From contig CAYPAX010000011.1 in NCBI GenBank assembly GCA_964408735.1, forward strand, positions 369 through 64,368: 64,000 bases of DNA, in the 5' to 3' direction. This document shows positions 60,084-64,000 of this stretch, piece by piece. The notes beneath the pieces are model-generated. The model saw only the letters and a program-made list of their open reading frames with translations, made no database searches and had not been told where the DNA came from. The number at the start of each line of letters is the position of its first letter. The first letter of the stretch is position 1. Position numbers and translations under genes: made by a program. The DNA is from an uncultured Rhodospirillaceae bacterium. GTDB taxonomy: Bacteria; Pseudomonadota; Alphaproteobacteria; UBA7887.

Positions 60084-61081
60084 GCAAAGGGCGTGCGGAA
60101 AACCTTGTAGCGGTCTTCCGAGCGCAGCAGCAGCTCGACGGCCGCGCCTTCGCGGACAATGGTCAGCGGCACCATGACGCCCGCCTCACCGAGGCTCCAA
60201 AGCCGCTCGTAGAGGTCGGCAAGGTCGGCGACAGGATGCTTGGCGACCCGCAACACCACGTCGCCCGCTGCCACCCCGCCTCGCGCGGCCGGGCTGTTCT
60301 CGCCGACATGGGTCACCAGCAAGGCACCTTGGGTGTCCATGGTGAAGACGCCGAGCCAGGGCCGCGATGGCCGATCGACGCGCCCGTTGGCGATCAATTG
60401 ATCGAGGATGGGCGAGAGCAGGTCCGTGGGCACGAACATATTGCCCTGACTGGGCTGCTGCTCGGCAGCGTCCTCCACCAACAACGAGCCGATGCCGCCG
60501 ACCTTGCCGTCATTGCCGATCAGCGCCGAGCCGCTCCAATTGGGATAGGCAGGCGTGGTGAAGATGGCGTTGTCGAGCTGGTACTCCCAATAGCCGGAGA
60601 AGGGCCGCCGCGATGCCACCGTGACCGCCATGGCGCGCTCGCGCCCGCCGCGCCCGGCAACAAGCGCCTGCTTGCCTTGCTTGAGCGCTGCCGTGGTGCC
60701 GAACGGTGCCGGCCCGATGCCGAGCGGCGCGCCGGCGCGGGCCAGCCCGAATCCGGTCTCGAAATCGTAACCGACGTAGTCCGCCTCGACCCAGCGGCCT
60801 TCCGAATCGGCGATCTCGATGGCGCCGCATTCGAGCATCAAATAGCCGATGGTCAGCGCCAGCCCGTTATCGTCGATGATGACCGCATTGCCCTCGCGCT
60901 CGGTGCCTAGCACCGCCGCAGTTTGCGCCTCGTCCGGAATCTCGGCGCGAAAGCCGGTGACCGCCAGCACCGCCGCCTCGGCCCGCTCGGGCAACTCGGG
61001 CACCCCCACACCCCCCGCCGGGCCCAGGGTTTGCATCAGTCCCTCGGGCTTGTGCCCGTTTATCTTCTTGTCTTCCGCCAT
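60080..61081 (-). CDS. S1C/HtrA-like trypsin-PDZ protein, atypical active site
   Basis: GNAVII, LTIGY, WSGSAL, C-terminal PDZ (WLGVF...SPAARGGV..GDVV); no signal peptide. Confidence 0.82.
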   Translation of the reverse strand: MAEDKKINGHKPEGLMQTLGPAGGVGVPELPERAEAAVLAVTGFRAEIPDEAQTAAVLGTEREGNAVIIDDNGLALTIGYLMLECGAIEIADSEGRWVEADYVGYDFETGFGLARAGAPLGIGPAPFGTTAALKQGKQALVAGRGGRERAMAVTVASRRPFSGYWEYQLDNAIFTTPAYPNWSGSALIGNDGKVGGIGSLLVEDAAEQQPSQGNMFVPTDLLSPILDQLIANGRVDRPSRPWLGVFTMDTQGALLVTHVGENSPAARGGVAAGDVVLRVAKHPVADLADLYERLWSLGEAGVMVPLTIVREGAAVELLLRSEDRYKVFRTPFA

Positions 61082-61157
61082 GCTCCGCCGCCGTGCCAGT
61101 GATCTCCGCGCCGGAGTATACCCGTTCGCGAAAAAGAAAGGGTCACGTCGTATTTGT

Positions 61158-62861
61158 TCAGGCCTCGCGGCCCGCAGGCGCCGCACTATCCCGCGACGCG
61201 ATCCGTGCGGATGGCCCTGGCGATCCATCTGTCCCGTTCTTGGAGAGAATCAGGCCCTCATAGCCGCTTTCAGCGACCTCGTTGATGGTGGCCACGTACT
61301 TCGGCGTGCCGCCGTTGTAGACCATGTAGCGGATCTTACCGGCCTCATGCCCCGCCACGTTGGAATTGTAGCCGGTGAACCAGGACTTGGCCTTCCGCAT
61401 CAGCATCTTCGAATACATCTTGGTGACGTGGCCGGTCCAGCGATCTTCGGCCTCGCCTGTCGCGTCGGCGCGTGTGTGCCCGCCGGCCCAAACGTGCTCC
61501 AGGAAGTCGGTGCACCAACCGACCCCGATTTCGATGCCGCGGGGAAAGTTGGTCGAGGCCGAGCCGCTTTGCGGCCCGTTCGGCATCAGAAAATTGGGAA
61601 AGCCGTGGACGAACATGCCGAGGAATGTCTTCGGACCGTCGCGCCAGCGATCGTGCAAGGTCTGGCCACCCACGCCGCGAATATCGATATGGTCGTAGGC
61701 ACCGGTTATCGCGTCGAAGCCCGTGGCATAGACAATGATATCGAAAGCATAGTCCCGGTCACTCGTGCGGATGCCGCTTTCGGTGATACGCTCGATCGGG
61801 GTCTCGTTGATGTCGACCAACTGCACATTGTCCCGGTTGTAGGCTTCCAGATAATGCGTTTCCAGCGGCACGCGCTGAACGCCGAATCCATGGTCGCGGG
61901 GGATCAGCTTTTCCGCCACCGCGGGATCGTTGACGCGCTGGCGAAAGCGGTCCGCGATATATGCCGAGAATTCCTCGTTCGCCGCTTCGTCGGTAAATAT
62001 TTCGCGGAAATTGCTTAGCCAGATACCAAACCCGGGCTCATCGTAAAGCCGGTCCCATAACGCCATGCGCTCTTCCCGGGAGACCTCGAAGAAGCCGCGC
62101 CGGTCGGGCTCGTGCTCGAAGCCGCCCGGCGTACGAGCGCAGGTGGCGAAGATGTCGTCGTAGCGTGAGCGGATATCGGCCATCTGCCCGTCCGTTATTC
62201 GGCTGTTGTTCAATGGCGCGCACCAATTGGCGCGGCGCTGAAAGACCGTCAGCTCGCCAACCTTGTCGGCAATCTCCCCGATTATCTGGATGGCCGTGGC
62301 GCCGGTACCGATGATTGCCACTTTCTTCCCGGCCATCGGCACGGGCTCGTGCGGCCAGTGGAAGGTGTGAAAGGCGCGGCCCTTGTAGTCCTGCCTGCCC
62401 TCGATGCGCGGCAGCGTCGGCATGGACAACAGGCCGAGGGTCATGATGACGAAGCGGCAGGTCAGCGCGCGCCCGTCGCTGACCGTGAGGCGCCAGCTGT
62501 CGCTCGCCTCGTCGAAATGCGCGGCCTCGACCCGGCAATTGAACTGCATGTGCCGACGCAGATCGAACTTGTCCGCGACGAAGTTCAGGTAACGCAAATT
62601 TTCGGGCTGGCCGGAATAGCGCTCCTTCCAGTGCCACTCGTCCAGTAGCTCCTTGGAGAACGAGTAGCCGTAGGTATAACTTTCCGAATCGAAGCGCGAG
62701 CCGGGATAGCGATTGTTGTACCAGGTGCCACCAAGGTCTGCCGCAGCCTCGAGCACGGCCGCGTTTACGCCGAGATCGACAAGCCGCTTGATTTGGTAGA
62801 TCCCGGCAACGCCGGCACCGATTACGATGACTTCGTAGTCAAGCTCGTTCCGTTGCGCCAT
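61158..62861 (-). CDS. Baeyer-Villiger-type flavin monooxygenase
   Basis: GAGVAG, GGTWYNNRYPG, YKGRAFHTFHW fingerprint, GTGATAIQ, ATGFD. Confidence 0.92.
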   Translation of the reverse strand: MAQRNELDYEVIVIGAGVAGIYQIKRLVDLGVNAAVLEAAADLGGTWYNNRYPGSRFDSESYTYGYSFSKELLDEWHWKERYSGQPENLRYLNFVADKFDLRRHMQFNCRVEAAHFDEASDSWRLTVSDGRALTCRFVIMTLGLLSMPTLPRIEGRQDYKGRAFHTFHWPHEPVPMAGKKVAIIGTGATAIQIIGEIADKVGELTVFQRRANWCAPLNNSRITDGQMADIRSRYDDIFATCARTPGGFEHEPDRRGFFEVSREERMALWDRLYDEPGFGIWLSNFREIFTDEAANEEFSAYIADRFRQRVNDPAVAEKLIPRDHGFGVQRVPLETHYLEAYNRDNVQLVDINETPIERITESGIRTSDRDYAFDIIVYATGFDAITGAYDHIDIRGVGGQTLHDRWRDGPKTFLGMFVHGFPNFLMPNGPQSGSASTNFPRGIEIGVGWCTDFLEHVWAGGHTRADATGEAEDRWTGHVTKMYSKMLMRKAKSWFTGYNSNVAGHEAGKIRYMVYNGGTPKYVATINEVAESGYEGLILSKNGTDGSPGPSARIASRDSAAPAGREA

Positions 62862-62933
62862 CAGCCGCCCTCGCCTGTTCTCCTGCGTTGGCCATGATGA
62901 AAGGCCATGCCCCGGCGAATTTCAAGGCCGGCG

Positions 62934-63941
62934 TCAGGCCGGGTCCGGCGCCACCCGCACCATGCGCTTGCCGCGATTCTCACCGGCAAGAAGGCCGACC
63001 AAGGCGGCAGGCGCGTTCTCCAGACCCTCCACGATATCTTCAACCACGGCGATCTTGCCCTCATCCACCCAGGCACGCAGCGCCGCTTCGGCCTCAGCGT
63101 CCCGGTCGGCGAAGTCCATGACGATGAAACCTTCCATGCGCAGGCGCTTGACCACCAACATGCCCGGAAGGTTGCGCGGGCCGCTCGGGGCGTTGGCGTT
63201 GTACTGGCTGACCGCGCCGCAGCAGACTATGCGCCCGCGCATGTTCATGCCGAAAAGCACCGATTCCAGGATCGGCCCGCCGACATTGTCGAAATAGATG
63301 CCTATGCCGTCGGGGCAGGCGCTCCTCAGGGCTTTGGACCACTTGCCTGCGCGATAATCGACGCAGGAATCGAAGCCGAACTGGCTCGTGACGAAGTCGC
63401 ACTTCTGCGGCCCGCCAGCGATACCGACCACCCGGCAACCGAGGGCCTTGGCGATCTGGCCGACAAAGCCGCCCACGGATCCCGCGGCCGCGGACACCAC
63501 CACCGTCTCCCCCGCCTTCGGGCGGCCGATATGGACGAGGCCGTGATAGGCGGTCTTGCCGGCGATGCCGAAAACCGACATGAGGTGGGACAGCGGGCGT
63601 TGGTCCGGCAGCTTTCGCGCCGCGGCGCCGTCCACGGCGACATATTCCGCCCAGCGCGATTCCGCGGCGACGATATCGCCTGCGGTCAGCGCCGGAGAGC
63701 GGCTCTCGACCACCTCGCCGATGGCATAGGTGTGCATGACGTCGCCGGCGTTCACCGCTTCCCGATAGGTGGCGCCCTGCATCCAGGCGCGGTTGGCCGC
63801 ATCGATCGACATGAGGATGGTGCGCAGCATCACTTGGCCGTCTTCCAGCTCCGGCATATCCCCGTCACGGATTGCGAAATGATCGACGGTCAAGTTCCCG
63901 GCGGGCAGCTCACGAACGATGACCTGACGGTTTCCTGTCAT
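62934..63941 (-). CDS. NADP-dependent alkenal/prostaglandin reductase (MDR family)
   Basis: SIDAANRAWM, VSAAAGSVG, YFDNVGG, CGAVSQY, G.NRGK. Confidence 0.9.
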   Translation of the reverse strand: MTGNRQVIVRELPAGNLTVDHFAIRDGDMPELEDGQVMLRTILMSIDAANRAWMQGATYREAVNAGDVMHTYAIGEVVESRSPALTAGDIVAAESRWAEYVAVDGAAARKLPDQRPLSHLMSVFGIAGKTAYHGLVHIGRPKAGETVVVSAAAGSVGGFVGQIAKALGCRVVGIAGGPQKCDFVTSQFGFDSCVDYRAGKWSKALRSACPDGIGIYFDNVGGPILESVLFGMNMRGRIVCCGAVSQYNANAPSGPRNLPGMLVVKRLRMEGFIVMDFADRDAEAEAALRAWVDEGKIAVVEDIVEGLENAPAALVGLLAGENRGKRMVRVAPDPA

Positions 63942-64000
63942 TGCTGCCTTCCCTTGCGCTTCATGTCAGGCCCGCGCCGAGGCATCGAAGCTTGGCAAGG

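Noticed and set aside
63942-64000. Possible 3' end of a further minus-strand gene at the window edge
   Set aside because: Too short to fix the frame or assign a product.

Overview
A GC-rich alphaproteobacterial (Rhodospirillales-like) chromosomal segment with about 60 CDS and two tRNAs (Phe-GAA, Thr-GGT). I found no CRISPR array, integrase, transposase or prophage. Conserved core blocks are the cheA-W-Y-B-R chemotaxis operon, moaA-nadK and murA-DUF2948-hisG-hisD-UPF0262-LMW phosphatase-infA-maf-RNase E/G-yacG-tRNA-Phe; accessory catabolic and signalling genes lie between them. The most coherent uncharacterised system is at 1.3-9.6 kb: a HAMP histidine kinase, an NtrC-family regulator lacking the GAFTGA loop, and a TonB-dependent receptor with its own ExbB-ExbD-ExbD-TonB. 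A perfect 16-bp palindrome (TGGTTCATATGAACCA) sits upstream of the kinase, and two degenerate copies 31 bp apart sit upstream of the receptor. Other notable items are a 2Fe-2S/cyclase/globin fusion whose last codons are read from the antisense 3' end of tRNA-Thr, a SAM-cyclase-STAND-TPR gene with a compositionally distinct sensor half, an exported protein with four Cys...Cys repeats that is hidden in the ORF track, a sulfotransferase/arylsulfotransferase islet, and a Cys-less thiolase/DUF35/TauD/tartrate dehydrogenase operon. All family assignments come from motif recognition by eye; no database searches were run.
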